Below are positions 44,487 through 55,277 of a stretch of DNA of 64,000 nt, in pieces. Origin of the DNA: an uncultured Dehalococcoidia bacterium (GTDB lineage Bacteria; Chloroflexota; Dehalococcoidia; Dehalococcoidales; UBA1222); assembly GCA_903844845.1 (NCBI GenBank), contig CAIMVG010000004.1, forward strand, positions 30,840 through 94,839, given 5' to 3'. The position numbers were made by a program, and so were the translations under genes. Position 1 is the first letter of the stretch; each line of letters opens with the position of its first letter. The notes under the pieces were generated by a model. It was given only the letters and a program-made list of their open reading frames with translations, searched no databases and was not told the origin of the DNA.

Positions 44487-44885
44487 TTACCAGATATAAC
44501 AAAGGAGCTCGCCGCCGAGGCCCTGCTTCCAAGCCTTATAGCTGGGCACCACCCCGTGAGAGGTAGAGAGAATGGCTATGCCCATTCCGCCATAAACTCG
44601 CGGAATCTCGTTGCGCTGTACGTACAGGCGCAGTCCAGGCTTGCTCATGCGCTTCAGTCCGTTGATCATCGGCTTGTTGCGCTCCTGGTACCTGAGCGCA
44701 ATCTTCATCTGCCGTTCAACACCTGTTCCGGTTACTTCATATCCGGTGATATACCCTTCCTGCTTTAAGATCTTGGCGATATTGAGTTTCATCTTAGATG
44801 CAGGCATGGTCACGCTGTCGTGACGCGCCATGGCTCCATTGCGAATCCGGGTTAACATGTCAGCTATTGGATCACTTATTGCCAT
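44487..44885 (-). CDS. rpsH: 30S ribosomal protein S8
   Basis: Contains [13 protein letters not shown]. Confidence 0.97.
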   Translation of the reverse strand: MAISDPIADMLTRIRNGAMARHDSVTMPASKMKLNIAKILKQEGYITGYEVTGTGVERQMKIALRYQERNKPMINGLKRMSKPGLRLYVQRNEIPRVYGGMGIAILSTSHGVVPSYKAWKQGLGGELLCYIW

Positions 44886-44910
44886 CCGCTTCTTCCTCCG
44901 TTTCTATGGA

Positions 44911-45096
44911 TTACCAGCTGGATTTGCGTACGCCTGGGATCTGTCCGGAAAGTGCCATCCTGCGGAAACAGATGCGGCATAAACCAAACAAGCGCATGTA
45001 ACCCCGCGAACGCCCGCACAGGTGGCAGCGGTTATGCTGCTGCACTCGGTATTTGGTCGGGCGCCTTGCTTTTACGATTTCAGATGTTTTAGCCAT
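44911..45096 (-). CDS. rpsN: 30S ribosomal protein S14 type Z (zinc-binding, 61 aa)
   Basis: Start at ATG 45096: [45 protein letters not shown]. The track ORF extends further upstream spuriously. Confidence 0.95.
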   Translation of the reverse strand: MAKTSEIVKARRPTKYRVQQHNRCHLCGRSRGYMRLFGLCRICFRRMALSGQIPGVRKSSW

Positions 45097-45109
45097 TTTT
45101 CCTCGTCCT

Positions 45110-45649
45110 TTATTCCTTGGTGAAGGGCATCCCCATGAGTTCAAGAAGTTTGTGGCCTTCTTCGTCGGTCTTTGCAGTAGTCACGATGGAGACTTCCAGG
45201 CCACGCAGTTTATCCACTTTCTCGAATTCAATCTCAGGGAATACAGTTTGTTCTTTAAAACCCAGGGTATAATTGCCGCGTCCGTCCCAGTTATTCGGCA
45301 CGCCCGAGAACTCCCGGATGCGGGGTAGAACAATGCTTACCAGTTTGTCGAGGAACTCGTACATGCGCTCGCCCCGCAGCGTAACTTTAACTCCAACCGG
45401 CATGCCAACCCTGAGTTTGAAAGCAGCGATGGATTTAGTCGAATGCCGAACGATGGCATGCTGTCCCGATATCGCCGCAAGATCAGCTTGCGCCGCTTCG
45501 ATAGCCTTGGCGTTAGTCGTGGCTTCGCCAGCACCGATATTGAGAACGACTTTCTCGATATGGGGCACCTGCATCACGTTAGAATAGCCATTCACCTTGA
45601 TGAGGGCCGGAACTACTTCTTTGCGGTATTTATCATGCAGTCTTGACAT
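45110..45649 (-). CDS. rplE: 50S ribosomal protein L5
   Basis: Start at ATG 45649 ([17 protein letters not shown]), 1 nt after the rplX stop. Confidence 0.95.
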   Translation of the reverse strand: MSRLHDKYRKEVVPALIKVNGYSNVMQVPHIEKVVLNIGAGEATTNAKAIEAAQADLAAISGQHAIVRHSTKSIAAFKLRVGMPVGVKVTLRGERMYEFLDKLVSIVLPRIREFSGVPNNWDGRGNYTLGFKEQTVFPEIEFEKVDKLRGLEVSIVTTAKTDEEGHKLLELMGMPFTKE

Positions 45650-45650
45650 T

Positions 45651-45962
45651 TTAGTCCAACACCTCTTGACAGACCTTGCAGTAACGGACGCGTTTCCCAT
45701 CGTCCAGCACCTTCTTGCCGATGCGAGCCGGTTTATTGCATTTCGGACACAGAAGCATGACATTGGAAGAATTTAAAGGTGCTTCGCGTTCGATAATGCC
45801 CGCCTGCCTCACCTCGCCTCGCGGCTTGGTGTGCTTTTTAATAAAATTAACGCCTTCTACCAGAACCTTGTCTTCTCGTGGATAAGCAAAGTGAACTTTG
45901 CCTTTCTTTCCTTTGTCCTTGCCGGCAATCACCAGCACAGTGTCGTTTTTTTTGATATTCAT
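45651..45962 (-). CDS. rplX: 50S ribosomal protein L24 (with CPKC...CKVC motif)
   Basis: Contains the [23 protein letters not shown] motif. The C-terminal part carries four Cys. Confidence 0.95.
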   Translation of the reverse strand: MNIKKNDTVLVIAGKDKGKKGKVHFAYPREDKVLVEGVNFIKKHTKPRGEVRQAGIIEREAPLNSSNVMLLCPKCNKPARIGKKVLDDGKRVRYCKVCQEVLD

Positions 45963-45975
45963 ATTACTAAACCAC

Positions 45976-46344
45976 CTAAAGTACTTCGGGCGCGAGTGAA
46001 ATTATCTTGGTGAAGTTCTTTTCCCTGAGTTCCCTGGCCACCGGGCCAAAAATACGGGTCCCTTTTGGATTATTTTTATCGGTCAAAATGACTCCTGCAT
46101 TGTCGTCAAACCGGATGTAAGACCCGTCAGGACGGCGGTATGGCTGAGAAACACGAACTATTACAGCCTGGACCACCTCTCCCTTTTTCACGATTGCATC
46201 AGGCGTCGATTTCTTTACTGCACAGGATATAACATCTCCAACGTGCGCGTCCTTGCGTCCGGTTCCGCCCGGGATATTGATACACATAATCTGGCGGGCA
46301 CCTGTGTTATCCGCCACTCTCAATCTGGTATAAGGTTTAATCAC
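45976..46344 (-). CDS. rplN: 50S ribosomal protein L14
   Basis: Contains [17 protein letters not shown]. Confidence 0.97.
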   Translation of the reverse strand: MIKPYTRLRVADNTGARQIMCINIPGGTGRKDAHVGDVISCAVKKSTPDAIVKKGEVVQAVIVRVSQPYRRPDGSYIRFDDNAGVILTDKNNPKGTRIFGPVARELREKNFTKIISLAPEVL

Positions 46345-46357
46345 GGTTTTATCCTTT

Positions 46358-46636
46358 TTATTTGACTTCCTCGGGTTTGACTTCAGGAACCTCGCCGCGG
46401 GTGAGTATCTCAGCCACGCGCCAGCGCTTCAACTTCGACAGGGGCCGAGTCTCAATAATAAGTACCTTGTCCTCCGGCTTGCATTCACTCTTTTCGTCGT
46501 GAACGAGATACTTTACCAAAATACGGTAAGTCTTATGGTAAAGCGGATGATGTTTCTGTTTCTCAACAGCCACGACTACAGTTTTATTCATTTTGGTGCT
46601 TACCACCACGCCAACCATTTTCTTAACAATCGCCAT
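46358..46636 (-). CDS. rpsQ: 30S ribosomal protein S17
   Basis: Contains [17 protein letters not shown]...[13 protein letters not shown]. Confidence 0.95.
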   Translation of the reverse strand: MAIVKKMVGVVVSTKMNKTVVVAVEKQKHHPLYHKTYRILVKYLVHDEKSECKPEDKVLIIETRPLSKLKRWRVAEILTRGEVPEVKPEEVK

Positions 46637-46640
46637 ACGA

Positions 46641-46844
46641 CTATCCCTGCCTTATTCCGAGTTCTCGTTCCCGTTTCTCGGTCTTGATGCGAGCGATGTC
46701 GCGCCGGGCCTGGGGAATCTCACGATGATTTTTAATCTGCTTGGTCGCTGCTTTGAATCTAAGGTCGAGCAACTGACGATGGGTATCATCAAGCTTTTTT
46801 ACCATCTCCTCGGTTTTGAGAAGACGAATATCTTTAATCTTCAA
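46641..46844 (-). CDS. rpmC: 50S ribosomal protein L29
   Basis: Contains [15 protein letters not shown]. Confidence 0.93.
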   Translation of the reverse strand: MKIKDIRLLKTEEMVKKLDDTHRQLLDLRFKAATKQIKNHREIPQARRDIARIKTEKRERELGIRQG

Positions 46845-47292
46845 CGGCGCTCAACTCCTTTCCCTTAGATCCGGTTCCTGCTGCGGCTTCCCTGGCAATA
46901 AACCGTGTATCGAAGGGCAATTTGTAGGATGCCAGCCTCATGGCTTCTTTTGCCGTATCATGGTCGACGCCGCCCAATTCAAACAATATGCGACCAGCCT
47001 TAACTACCGCTACCCAATGGTCGGGAGCACCTTTGCCCCCTCCCATGCGCGTTTCCGCCGGCTTCGAAGTGACCGATTTGTCAGGAAATACACGTATCCA
47101 AACCTTACCGCCACGGCGTACGCTGCGCACTATAGCGCGGCGAGCCGCTTCTATCTGGCGGGCGCTCATCCACGCAGAGCCCATGGCTTGTAAGGCGTAA
47201 TCCCCGAACGCCAGAGTCGCTCCGGCGTGAGCCGAACCGCTGCGGCGGCCTTTATGCGTTTTTCTAAATTTAACACGTTTTGGTTGTAACAT
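46834..47292 (-). CDS. rplP: 50S ribosomal protein L16
   Basis: Contains [16 protein letters not shown]. Confidence 0.97.
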   Translation of the reverse strand: MLQPKRVKFRKTHKGRRSGSAHAGATLAFGDYALQAMGSAWMSARQIEAARRAIVRSVRRGGKVWIRVFPDKSVTSKPAETRMGGGKGAPDHWVAVVKAGRILFELGGVDHDTAKEAMRLASYKLPFDTRFIAREAAAGTGSKGKELSAVED

Positions 47293-47327
47293 CTGGTTCC
47301 CTCTAACTCACAGAGTCTGAGACCCCG

Positions 47328-48377
47328 CTATTCTTCTTTTTGAGTCTTGGCCTTGGTTTCTTTGCCGCCCTCGGCTTTAGCTTTGGCGACCTTGGCTTTT
47401 ACCGGTTTTCCTTCAACTTTTTCCTCAACCTTTACGGCCGGGGCTTCGGTCTTCTTCACGCGAGGTTTGGCTTTTTTCTCTTCTTCTTTCAAGACTTCGG
47501 CTTTTACAGCGATTTCATGAGCCTGCTCTTTAACTTCGGGAGCGGTGGGCTCAATCTTCTTCCTGGCCCTGGGTTTTTTGACCTCCGCTGGCGTTTCGGT
47601 GGTATCTTTAATAGGGGCTTCAGTCATGCGGGCTACTGCTTCAGCCATGGTGGTATCCTTGGCAGGTACCGCCGGTACCGCGGCTACAGGAATCGTGGTC
47701 GTAATGACCGGAGCTTCAACAACGGTCAATTCTTCAGCCACTTCAGCCGCAGGGAAAACATCTCCCTTATATATCCATACTTTGACGCCGATACGCCCCA
47801 GCGTTGTGTGCGCCTCAGTGAATCCATAATCTATGTCAGCGCGAAGTGTCTGCAAGGGAACGCGACCCTGGTGCATCAGCTGCCGGCGTGCGATTTCCAC
47901 ACCGCCCAGACGGCCGGAGCAAAGAATCCTCATACCCTTGGCGCCAGCCTGAAGAGTACGAAAGATGCTCTGTTTCATCGCGCGGCGATATGCCACGCGC
48001 CGTTCCATCTGCTCAGCCACCGAACGGGCTACCAGATATGCATCCATCTCGGGCTGGCGGATCTCCCGGATATCGAGCTGTATCTTTTTTCCACCGAGAA
48101 CACCCTCGAGGAACTGTCGCATCTCTTCAACTCTTTGCCCGCCGCGGCCAATCACAATGCCCGGGCGCGAGGTATGAATAGTTACAGATACCTTATTAGC
48201 CTGGCGCTCGATTTCAACCAGTGAAATACCTGCATCAGTGTATTTGGCCTGTACGGCCCGCCTGAGTTTAACGTCCTCTAAAATGAACTCGGCATAATGC
48301 TTGTCGTCATACCACTTGGACTGCCAGTCCCGGATAACGCCAAGACGAAACCCCATAGGATGAACTTTGCGCCCCAT
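47328..48377 (-). CDS. rpsC: 30S ribosomal protein S3 with a roughly 130-aa low-complexity C-terminal extension
   Basis: The N-terminal 215 aa or so are canonical S3 (GRKVHPMGFRLGVIRDWQSKWY...). The tail is rich in A/V/P/T/K/E. Confidence 0.95.
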   Translation of the reverse strand: MGRKVHPMGFRLGVIRDWQSKWYDDKHYAEFILEDVKLRRAVQAKYTDAGISLVEIERQANKVSVTIHTSRPGIVIGRGGQRVEEMRQFLEGVLGGKKIQLDIREIRQPEMDAYLVARSVAEQMERRVAYRRAMKQSIFRTLQAGAKGMRILCSGRLGGVEIARRQLMHQGRVPLQTLRADIDYGFTEAHTTLGRIGVKVWIYKGDVFPAAEVAEELTVVEAPVITTTIPVAAVPAVPAKDTTMAEAVARMTEAPIKDTTETPAEVKKPRARKKIEPTAPEVKEQAHEIAVKAEVLKEEEKKAKPRVKKTEAPAVKVEEKVEGKPVKAKVAKAKAEGGKETKAKTQKEE

Positions 48378-48715
48378 TAAACCTCCTGCTCCGCCACAAC
48401 GACGGTGATATGGCTGGAACGTTTCAAGACCTTATCAGCCCGCCCGCGAGCCCTCGGCATAAATCTCTTAAGCATAGGGGCGTCGTCGGCATAAATCTTA
48501 ACAATCTTCAAATCTGTCGGCGTAAGGTGGAAATTATTCTCGGCATCAGCGGCTGCAGTTTTTACCACTTTGGCCACCATCTTAGCAGAGGGAGAAGCGG
48601 CGAACTGCAACATGACGAGAGCCTTGTCAACTCTTTTGCCACGAATCAAATCGAGCAAGAGCCTTACCTTGCGCGAAGATACCCCAGTGTCTTTTGCTAC
48701 CGATTTAACTTCCAT
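48377..48715 (-). CDS. rplV: 50S ribosomal protein L22
   Basis: Contains KVRLLLDLIRGKRV. Confidence 0.96.
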   Translation of the reverse strand: MEVKSVAKDTGVSSRKVRLLLDLIRGKRVDKALVMLQFAASPSAKMVAKVVKTAAADAENNFHLTPTDLKIVKIYADDAPMLKRFMPRARGRADKVLKRSSHITVVVAEQEV

Positions 48716-48725
48716 GATTTATTCC

Positions 48726-49013
48726 TTAGCTCTGTACCTGAGTCGTTTTTTCCACCTTGGAGGAATGCCCGCGGAAAGTGCGTGTTGCCGCAAACTCACC
48801 CAGTTTATGTCCAACCATGTTTTCAGTGATGAAGATCGGAACATGGCGTCTGCCATCGTGCACCCCAACGTTCAGACCCACCATCTGCGGAAGAATGGTA
48901 GACCAGCGCGCCCAGGTCTTGATAACAACTTTCTTCCCCGAGCGGTTGACGTCTTCCACTTTCTTCATAAGCTTGACGTCGATTGCAGGTCCCTTTTTAA
49001 CTGACCTTGACAT
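48726..49013 (-). CDS. rpsS: 30S ribosomal protein S19
   Basis: Contains [14 protein letters not shown]...GHKLGEFA. Confidence 0.97.
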   Translation of the reverse strand: MSRSVKKGPAIDVKLMKKVEDVNRSGKKVVIKTWARWSTILPQMVGLNVGVHDGRRHVPIFITENMVGHKLGEFAATRTFRGHSSKVEKTTQVQS

Positions 49014-49841
49014 TTATTTTCCTCGCCGTTTTACAATCAATTTATCTGAATGCTTGGGTTTACGAGTCTTGTAACCCAGGGCCGGTTTGCCCCAGGGGGT
49101 CTTTGGCCCGGGCATACCTATCGGAGTACGCCCTTCACCGCCGCCATGTGGATGGTCACGTGGCGACATGGCCGAACCGCGAACCGCGGGGCGCCAGCCC
49201 TTCAGCCTGTTTCGTCCTGCCTTGCCAAGTTTGACGTTGGAATGTTCCTGATTTCCAACTTGCCCAACGGTAGCCCTGCATTCGGCCCTAACACGCCGCA
49301 TCTCTCCTGAAGGGAGGCGGATAAGGACATAATCGCCCTCTTTTGCCATAAGCTGAGCGGCAGTGCCTGCGCTACGAACCAGTTTGCCGCCGCGCCCTAC
49401 CTCGGTTTCAATGTTGTGGATCAGAGTGCCGGTAGGCATATTCTTTAGCGGAAGTGTATTGCCCGGCTTAAGTTCCGCATCGTCTGCGACTTTTATGACA
49501 TCATCGACGTTCATCCCGGTGGGTGAAACTATATAACGCTTGTCGCCGTCGGCATAAAATACAAGTGCGATATTGGCAGAACGGTTAGGATCATATTCGA
49601 TCGCAGCTACGCGTCCGGGAACGCCCGTTTTGTCGCGTTTGAAATCTATGATGCGGAGCATACGCTTAACGCCTGATCCACGATGACGTACAGTCACTTT
49701 ACCCTGCGCATTGCGGCCGCCACGCTGTTTTTGAGGTACGCTCAACGCCTTTTCAGGAGTTTTCTTTGTAATCTCTTCGTACGTAAGCCCTGTCATTCCC
49801 CGCCGCCCGGGGGAGGTCGGGCGATAAATTCTGATGCCCAT
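49014..49841 (-). CDS. rplB: 50S ribosomal protein L2
   Basis: Contains [18 protein letters not shown]. Confidence 0.97.
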   Translation of the reverse strand: MGIRIYRPTSPGRRGMTGLTYEEITKKTPEKALSVPQKQRGGRNAQGKVTVRHRGSGVKRMLRIIDFKRDKTGVPGRVAAIEYDPNRSANIALVFYADGDKRYIVSPTGMNVDDVIKVADDAELKPGNTLPLKNMPTGTLIHNIETEVGRGGKLVRSAGTAAQLMAKEGDYVLIRLPSGEMRRVRAECRATVGQVGNQEHSNVKLGKAGRNRLKGWRPAVRGSAMSPRDHPHGGGEGRTPIGMPGPKTPWGKPALGYKTRKPKHSDKLIVKRRGK

Positions 49842-49855
49842 TCTTATATTACTCC

Positions 49856-50149
49856 TTAGACGCCTTCAAAAAGCTCAATTTTGTCGCCAGGCTTCAGCGT
49901 GACGATAGCCTTTTTAGCAGGCGAGGTTTTCATAGTACGCCGCCCGGCTCGGCGAGTTTTTCCGTGAACAGAGATAACGTTCACGCCTGTGACCGTAACC
50001 TTGAAGGCCTTTTCGACGGCCTGTTTTACCTGGGCTTTATTGGCGCCGATCGCAACTTCAAAAGCATACTTGCCCTGACTTTGCAGCATTGCATTTTTTT
50101 CGGTAATCAGGGGCTTGCGTAATACTTCGTAAACCTGAATCTCTTTCAT
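49856..50149 (-). CDS. rplW: 50S ribosomal protein L23
   Basis: Contains [12 protein letters not shown]. Confidence 0.95.
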   Translation of the reverse strand: MKEIQVYEVLRKPLITEKNAMLQSQGKYAFEVAIGANKAQVKQAVEKAFKVTVTGVNVISVHGKTRRAGRRTMKTSPAKKAIVTLKPGDKIELFEGV

Positions 50150-50776
50150 TTAGGCTACCCCTCCCCACAGTTCTTCAATCTGCCGCAGGGCAGCTTCCGT
50201 TATAAGCAGTTTGTCGTAAGCGAGCATATCGGCGACATTAAGCTGACGCGCAGGCATTGTTTTTACTTTGGGCAAATTGCGGGCGCTCTTGATAATTATG
50301 TCATCCACTTCGGGAAGAGCCAATATAGCGCTCGTCACGTTCAAAGCCGTCATGAGCTTCACAATCTCTTTAGTCTTGGGTTCACCAAGTGTTAACGAAT
50401 CCAAAACCAGCAAACCCTGTTCAGATGCCTTGGAAGAAAGAACGCACCTGATAGCGAGTCGCCGCATTTTCTTGGGCATAACAACTGAGAGGTCACGAGG
50501 ATGCGGGCCAAATATGATGCCGCCTCCGCGCCTTAGACCACTTTTAATTGAACCTGCGCGAGCACGTCCGGTATGCTTCTGAGCATACAGCTTTTTAGTG
50601 CTGCCGGCCACTTCGCTGCGGGTTTTCGTATCGGATGTTCCCTGTCTCGCATTGGCCCGCTGAGTTATCAGGGCCTGATGAACCAGGGCGTCATTGGCAC
50701 CTTGCGCGAAGACTGCGTCGCTTATATCTATATTGCGAACCACTTCGCCGGCCATGTTATATACCGGAATGTTCAC
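50150..50776 (-). CDS. rplD: 50S ribosomal protein L4
   Basis: Contains KQKHTGRARAGSIKSGLRRGGGIIFGP. Confidence 0.96.
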   Translation of the reverse strand: MNIPVYNMAGEVVRNIDISDAVFAQGANDALVHQALITQRANARQGTSDTKTRSEVAGSTKKLYAQKHTGRARAGSIKSGLRRGGGIIFGPHPRDLSVVMPKKMRRLAIRCVLSSKASEQGLLVLDSLTLGEPKTKEIVKLMTALNVTSAILALPEVDDIIIKSARNLPKVKTMPARQLNVADMLAYDKLLITEAALRQIEELWGGVA

Positions 50777-51399
50777 TATTTTCTCCCACTGGACATACCG
50801 ATTAAAAGTAGTCCGTTCTTGGCTCCGGGTACGGGGCCTTTTACCAGAAGAAGATTCTTCTCGACGTCCGCTTTCAGTACTTCCATGTTGCGTACGGTCA
50901 CCCTATCGTCACCCATATGCCCGGCCATGCGTGTGCCCTTGTAAACGCGTCCGGGTGTAGTCGTCGAACCTATGGAACCGGGTGCCCGGTTGCGGTCTGA
51001 TTGGCCGTGCGTCTTGGGACCGCCGTGGAAATGATAGCGCTTTACACCTCCGGCGAACCCCCGTCCCTTGGAAATACCGGTTACGGTAATCTTGTCGCCA
51101 GGTTTAAAAAGACTGACATCCAGTTTGTCACCGACCTTGACGCCCTCGGCGGTTTCCATCCGAAACTCCCTGAGGAATTTGAATTCGCCCAAGCCTTTGC
51201 TCTGGCCTTTGAGTACAGCTCCGAGTTTTTTAGCAACGCCAAAGCCCAGTTTTGCAGCTATATAACCATCATTTTCTGAAGTCTTGACCTGGACAACAGT
51301 GCAAGGACCGGCCTCTATCATAGTCGCCGCTTCGGCATTTCCCTTTTCGCCGAAGAATTGTGTTGTTCCTATTTTGCGCCCAATCATACCTTGTATCAT
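50776..51399 (-). CDS. rplC: 50S ribosomal protein L3
   Basis: Contains GISKGRGFAGGVKRYHF. Confidence 0.97.
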   Translation of the reverse strand: MIQGMIGRKIGTTQFFGEKGNAEAATMIEAGPCTVVQVKTSENDGYIAAKLGFGVAKKLGAVLKGQSKGLGEFKFLREFRMETAEGVKVGDKLDVSLFKPGDKITVTGISKGRGFAGGVKRYHFHGGPKTHGQSDRNRAPGSIGSTTTPGRVYKGTRMAGHMGDDRVTVRNMEVLKADVEKNLLLVKGPVPGAKNGLLLIGMSSGRK

Positions 51400-51408
51400 A
51401 GTCGTACC

Positions 51409-51723
51409 TTATTGCGATTTAATATCGATACCCACGCCCGAGGGCAGATTTAAATTCGTGAGGGCGTCAATCGTCTTTGAGGTGGTCTCCACAATATCTA
51501 TAATTCTCTTATGAGTCCGGACCTCAAATTGTTCCTGGGAGTCCTTGTCAATGAACGAACTGCGGATCACGCTGAATTTCTTGATCCTGGTAGGCAGCGG
51601 TACAGGCCCCGTGACAACGGCACCTGTTTTCTCCAGCGCTTCCACGATCTGCCGGGCAGCCTGATCCAGAATCCGATGATCGAACCCCTTGAGCTTGATG
51701 CGTATTTTCTGCTTGGTAGTCAT
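51409..51723 (-). CDS. rpsJ: 30S ribosomal protein S10
   Basis: Contains [16 protein letters not shown]. Confidence 0.97.
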   Translation of the reverse strand: MTTKQKIRIKLKGFDHRILDQAARQIVEALEKTGAVVTGPVPLPTRIKKFSVIRSSFIDKDSQEQFEVRTHKRIIDIVETTSKTIDALTNLNLPSGVGIDIKSQ

Positions 51724-51741
51724 TTAAGCCTGCCTCACTAA

Positions 51742-53829
51742 TTAACTTTTGCCTGCCAACTCGGCCTTGAGTTCCTCAGCCAGAGATGCCGGCACCTGTT
51801 GATATTGAAAAAATTCGAGAGAGAACGTTGCGCGCCCCTGTGTCATGGACCGCAGATCAGTGGTATAACCGAACGTCTTGGATAAAGGGACGATACCGTG
51901 AATGGTCGTGGTGTCCCCCGTGGTGTCAATCGACTCAACGCGACCGCGGCGGGAGTTGAGGTCACCGATAATCTCCCCCATATACTGTTCAGGGGTAACT
52001 AAATCGACTTTCATGATAGGCTCAAGAATAACGGCATTGCATTTATGTAAAGCGTTTTTAAGTGCCAAAGAACCCGCCATCTTAAAGGCCATATCGTTGG
52101 AGTCGACATCGTGGAAACTACCGTCTACTACAGTGGCTTTTACATCGATTACAGGGTAACCCGCCAAACCGCCGTTCTCCAGAGAATCCTTGATGCCTTC
52201 CCCTGCGGCTTTGATGAACTCCCGAGGCAGAGTGCCGCCGCGCACCTTATCGATATATTCGAAACCTTTTCCGGTATTGGGTTCAAATTCCACCCAAACG
52301 TGGCCGTACTGTCCCCGACCACCGGACTGCCTGACAAATCTGCCTTCTACCTTGCACTTGGCAGTAATCGTCTCTTTGTAAGCCACCTTGGGCGCACCCA
52401 CATTGGCACCCACCCTGAACTCACTGAGGAGGCGGCTGACCAAAACGTCCAAATGCAACTCGCCCATGCCAGCTATGACTGTTTGCCCGGTCTCATCGTT
52501 GAAAGCCACTTTAAACGTGGGATCTTCCTCAGCCAGCTTCGTCAACCCGTCGATCATTTTGTCGCGGTCGGCGCGGGTTTTGGGCTCGACTGCCACGGAA
52601 ATAACAGGAGTGGGAAAACTGATGTTTTCCAGGAATAGCTGATGCGCAGGATCGCACAGGGTATCGCCAGTAAACGTATTCTTGCTTCCCATGGTGGCGA
52701 CGATGGAGCCGGCGTTGGCCGATTGTATCTCCTCGTGATGATTGGCATGCATCAAAAGAAGACGCCCGACGCGTTCTTTATCGCCCCGGGTTGCATTCAG
52801 CACAGTAGTGCCGGCAGTTATAGTACCTGAATAAACACGGAGATACACCAGGCGGCCCACAAACGGATCGGAGACGATTTTGAAGGCCAGTGCCGCCAGA
52901 GGAGCGTCGTCGGTCGGAGGGCAAGTCACCTTGTTGCCGGTTTTAATATCAGTGCCTTCCGTAACAGGTTTGTCCAGAGGAGACGGCAGATAGTCTATAA
53001 CAGCATCCAATAAAGGCTGAACCCCCTTATTTTTAAGGGATGAACCGCATAGCACCGGAATAGCCTTGCCGCTAATGGCCACCCTGCGTAGAGCCGCTTT
53101 AATCTCAAGGGTACTAACTTCAGTACCTTCAAGGTATGCATTCATGATATGGTCGTCGGCTTCAGCCAACCGTTCAATCATTTTCTGGCGATGTTCGATA
53201 AAATTAGCCTGTTGGTCGGAGGAAATCTCTGATACCGTCGGAGGGTCTTCAGGCTTGACGCCATACACTATGGACTTCCCTTCAACCAAATCCAACATAC
53301 CAACAAAATTGGTTTCTTTACCCAAAGGAAATTGTATTACAACTGGCTTAGCCTTAAGGCGGGTTTCTATCATGCCGACGCAACGAAAGAAATCAGCCCC
53401 AGTGCGGTCCAGTTTGTTGACGAAACATATCCGCGGCACTCCATAACGGTCAGCCTGACGCCACACCGTTTCGGATTGGGCTTCCACCCCGGCCACGCCG
53501 TCAAAAACGACCACGCCGCCATCCAATACACGAAGGCTTCGCTCAACTTCAACAGTAAAGTCCACATGTCCTGGGGTATCTATAAGATTGAAGCGGTACC
53601 CCTTCCACTCGCAGGTGGTGGCAGCCGAGCAAATCGTAATGCCTCGAGCACGCTCCTGTTCCATCCAGTCCATGACTGTGGTGCCTTCGTCAATATTGCC
53701 TATCTTGTAGGTACGCCCAGTATAGTAAAGGATACGCTCGGTAGTAGTGGTCTTCCCAGCATCGATATGAGCGATAATGCCGATATTGCGTATCTTATCT
53801 TTTGCGATATTTTCAGAGTTGTCTGCCAT
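51742..53829 (-). CDS. fusA: Elongation factor G
   Basis: Contains [19 protein letters not shown] and DTPGHVDF. 695 aa. Confidence 0.97.
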   Translation of the reverse strand: MADNSENIAKDKIRNIGIIAHIDAGKTTTTERILYYTGRTYKIGNIDEGTTVMDWMEQERARGITICSAATTCEWKGYRFNLIDTPGHVDFTVEVERSLRVLDGGVVVFDGVAGVEAQSETVWRQADRYGVPRICFVNKLDRTGADFFRCVGMIETRLKAKPVVIQFPLGKETNFVGMLDLVEGKSIVYGVKPEDPPTVSEISSDQQANFIEHRQKMIERLAEADDHIMNAYLEGTEVSTLEIKAALRRVAISGKAIPVLCGSSLKNKGVQPLLDAVIDYLPSPLDKPVTEGTDIKTGNKVTCPPTDDAPLAALAFKIVSDPFVGRLVYLRVYSGTITAGTTVLNATRGDKERVGRLLLMHANHHEEIQSANAGSIVATMGSKNTFTGDTLCDPAHQLFLENISFPTPVISVAVEPKTRADRDKMIDGLTKLAEEDPTFKVAFNDETGQTVIAGMGELHLDVLVSRLLSEFRVGANVGAPKVAYKETITAKCKVEGRFVRQSGGRGQYGHVWVEFEPNTGKGFEYIDKVRGGTLPREFIKAAGEGIKDSLENGGLAGYPVIDVKATVVDGSFHDVDSNDMAFKMAGSLALKNALHKCNAVILEPIMKVDLVTPEQYMGEIIGDLNSRRGRVESIDTTGDTTTIHGIVPLSKTFGYTTDLRSMTQGRATFSLEFFQYQQVPASLAEELKAELAGKS

Positions 53830-53887
53830 ATTTTTGGAGCCTGTATCCTTATATAACCGTGTTTATCAGTTTAAAGTCTATCCGAAC

Positions 53888-54358
53888 CTACCATTTATAA
53901 TGCGCAAAAGCACGGTTGGCTTCGGCCATCTTGTGGGTTTCCTCACGCTTCTTAACCGCAGCCCCCTGGCCTTTAGAGGCGTCCAAAAGCTCAGAAGAAA
54001 GCTTCTCTGCCATTGATTTACCGCTTCGTTCCCGGCTGGCTTTGATGATCCAGCGAAGAGCGAGAGCTACGTCACGCCCTTTGCGGACTTCAACCGGCAC
54101 CTGATAGTTGGCGCCGCCGACGCGGCGGGGCCGGACTTCCAATAGAGGAGTGGCGTTGGTGACGGCTTGCTGGAGAATTGCGAGAGGTTCCTTGCCTTCT
54201 TTCTCCTGCATGATGTCCATAGCATCGTAGAAAACGGTCTGAGCGGTGCTTTTCTTGCCTCCCAGCATGATCTTCCTGATGAACACTGTAACCAGTTCGC
54301 TATTGAACTTTGGGTCAACTTCAATTTTTCTCTTTTTAACGAATGCACGACGAGGCAT
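53888..54358 (-). CDS. rpsG: 30S ribosomal protein S7
   Basis: Contains MPRRAFVKKRKIEVDPKF. Confidence 0.97.
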   Translation of the reverse strand: MPRRAFVKKRKIEVDPKFNSELVTVFIRKIMLGGKKSTAQTVFYDAMDIMQEKEGKEPLAILQQAVTNATPLLEVRPRRVGGANYQVPVEVRKGRDVALALRWIIKASRERSGKSMAEKLSSELLDASKGQGAAVKKREETHKMAEANRAFAHYKW

Positions 54359-54366
54359 GTTTCCTC

Positions 54367-54810
54367 CTAGGCCTTGGCTTTAGCTGCTTCAGCGCCCTTA
54401 GTCTTCTTGGCACCGTACTTGCTGCGGCCTTGTTTACGATTTGAGACACCGGTAGTGTCGAGGGTACCACGGATGATGTGATACCGTACACCCGGTAGGT
54501 CCGGCACGCGCCCGCCGCGTATAAGAACAACAGAGTGTTCCTGCAGTTCATGGCCTTCGCCTGGTATATAGGCGGTGACCTCGATGCCGTTAGTTAACCT
54601 GACGCGGGCGATCTTTCGAAGGGCCGAGTTAGGTTTCTTAGGCGTCATTGTTTTGACCTGCACGCAAACGCCGCGCTTCTGCGGAGCGCTCTTCTTGCGA
54701 CGCACCAGCTTGTTTTTTAACGCATTAAGGGTGAACCTCAATGCTGGCGTCTTGGTCTTCTTTGAGACCGAGTGGCGCCCTTTCCTGACCAGTTGATTAA
54801 TAGTGGGCAA
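54367..54810 (-). CDS. rpsL: 30S ribosomal protein S12
   Basis: I prefer TTG 54810, which gives the canonical (M)[12 protein letters not shown]-terminus with AAGGGG 9 nt upstream. The track start is GTG 54834. Confidence 0.93.
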   Translation of the reverse strand: MPTINQLVRKGRHSVSKKTKTPALRFTLNALKNKLVRRKKSAPQKRGVCVQVKTMTPKKPNSALRKIARVRLTNGIEVTAYIPGEGHELQEHSVVLIRGGRVPDLPGVRYHIIRGTLDTTGVSNRKQGRSKYGAKKTKGAEAAKAKA

Positions 54811-54839
54811 TGCTTTTTTCCCCTTTACTCCCACAATTC

Positions 54840-54865
54840 AAAGGATGAGCCCTGGCTCATCCTTT
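54840..54865 (-). promoter_or_regulatory. Perfect 11-bp hairpin in the rpsL 5' leader
   Basis: aaaggatgagc-cctg-gctcatccttt lies immediately upstream of the rpsL start region. Confidence 0.5.
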
Positions 54866-54938
54866 GTAAAACTCCACGGCCGGCAGGTCTAAATACCCTG
54901 CTACAACCTTAAATGGTGTCTGACAAACGCAATTGGAG

Positions 54939-54968
54939 AGTGTAACACAGGATTGCGGGGATTGTCAA
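54939..54968 (-). promoter_or_regulatory. Candidate promoter of the str/ribosomal super-operon
   Basis: The minus strand reads ttgaca (54968-54963), an 18-nt spacer ending in tgt, then tacact (54944-54939). Confidence 0.4.
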
Positions 54969-55249
54969 GCTCGAAAGCCTTAGACCCCCCCATTCCGTTG
55001 CACTATTTTTCAGGCACGATTCACGCCTGAGTATTTGCGGGTTAATGTTTTTCGTTAACCGAAATGCAAAACGTATTATACAGCATTCGGTGACACATGT
55101 CACTTACGCATCCCGAAAAATCCAATATACTGGCAAAATAAAGGACGATTCTGAGTTGCGATCTGTAGATCTGGTCTGCATACAAATAAGTATGTCAATT
55201 AGATGATACCCTTTAATGAAGGGTTCAATAATAAATGCTTACGCTTACG

Positions 55250-55277
55250 TTGACAATATGTCCCATTGTAGTATAAT
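55250..55277 (+). promoter_or_regulatory. Candidate sigma70 promoter TTGACA-16-TATAAT
   Basis: ttgaca lies at 55250-55255 and tataat at 55272-55277, about 50 nt upstream of ATG 55329. Confidence 0.55.

Noticed and set aside
47340-48224. Plus-strand 294-aa ORF (and similar ones at 40273..40791, 43516..43995, 44133..44768, 53332..53856)
   Set aside because: These are shadow ORFs antisense to highly conserved ribosomal-protein, adk and fusA genes.
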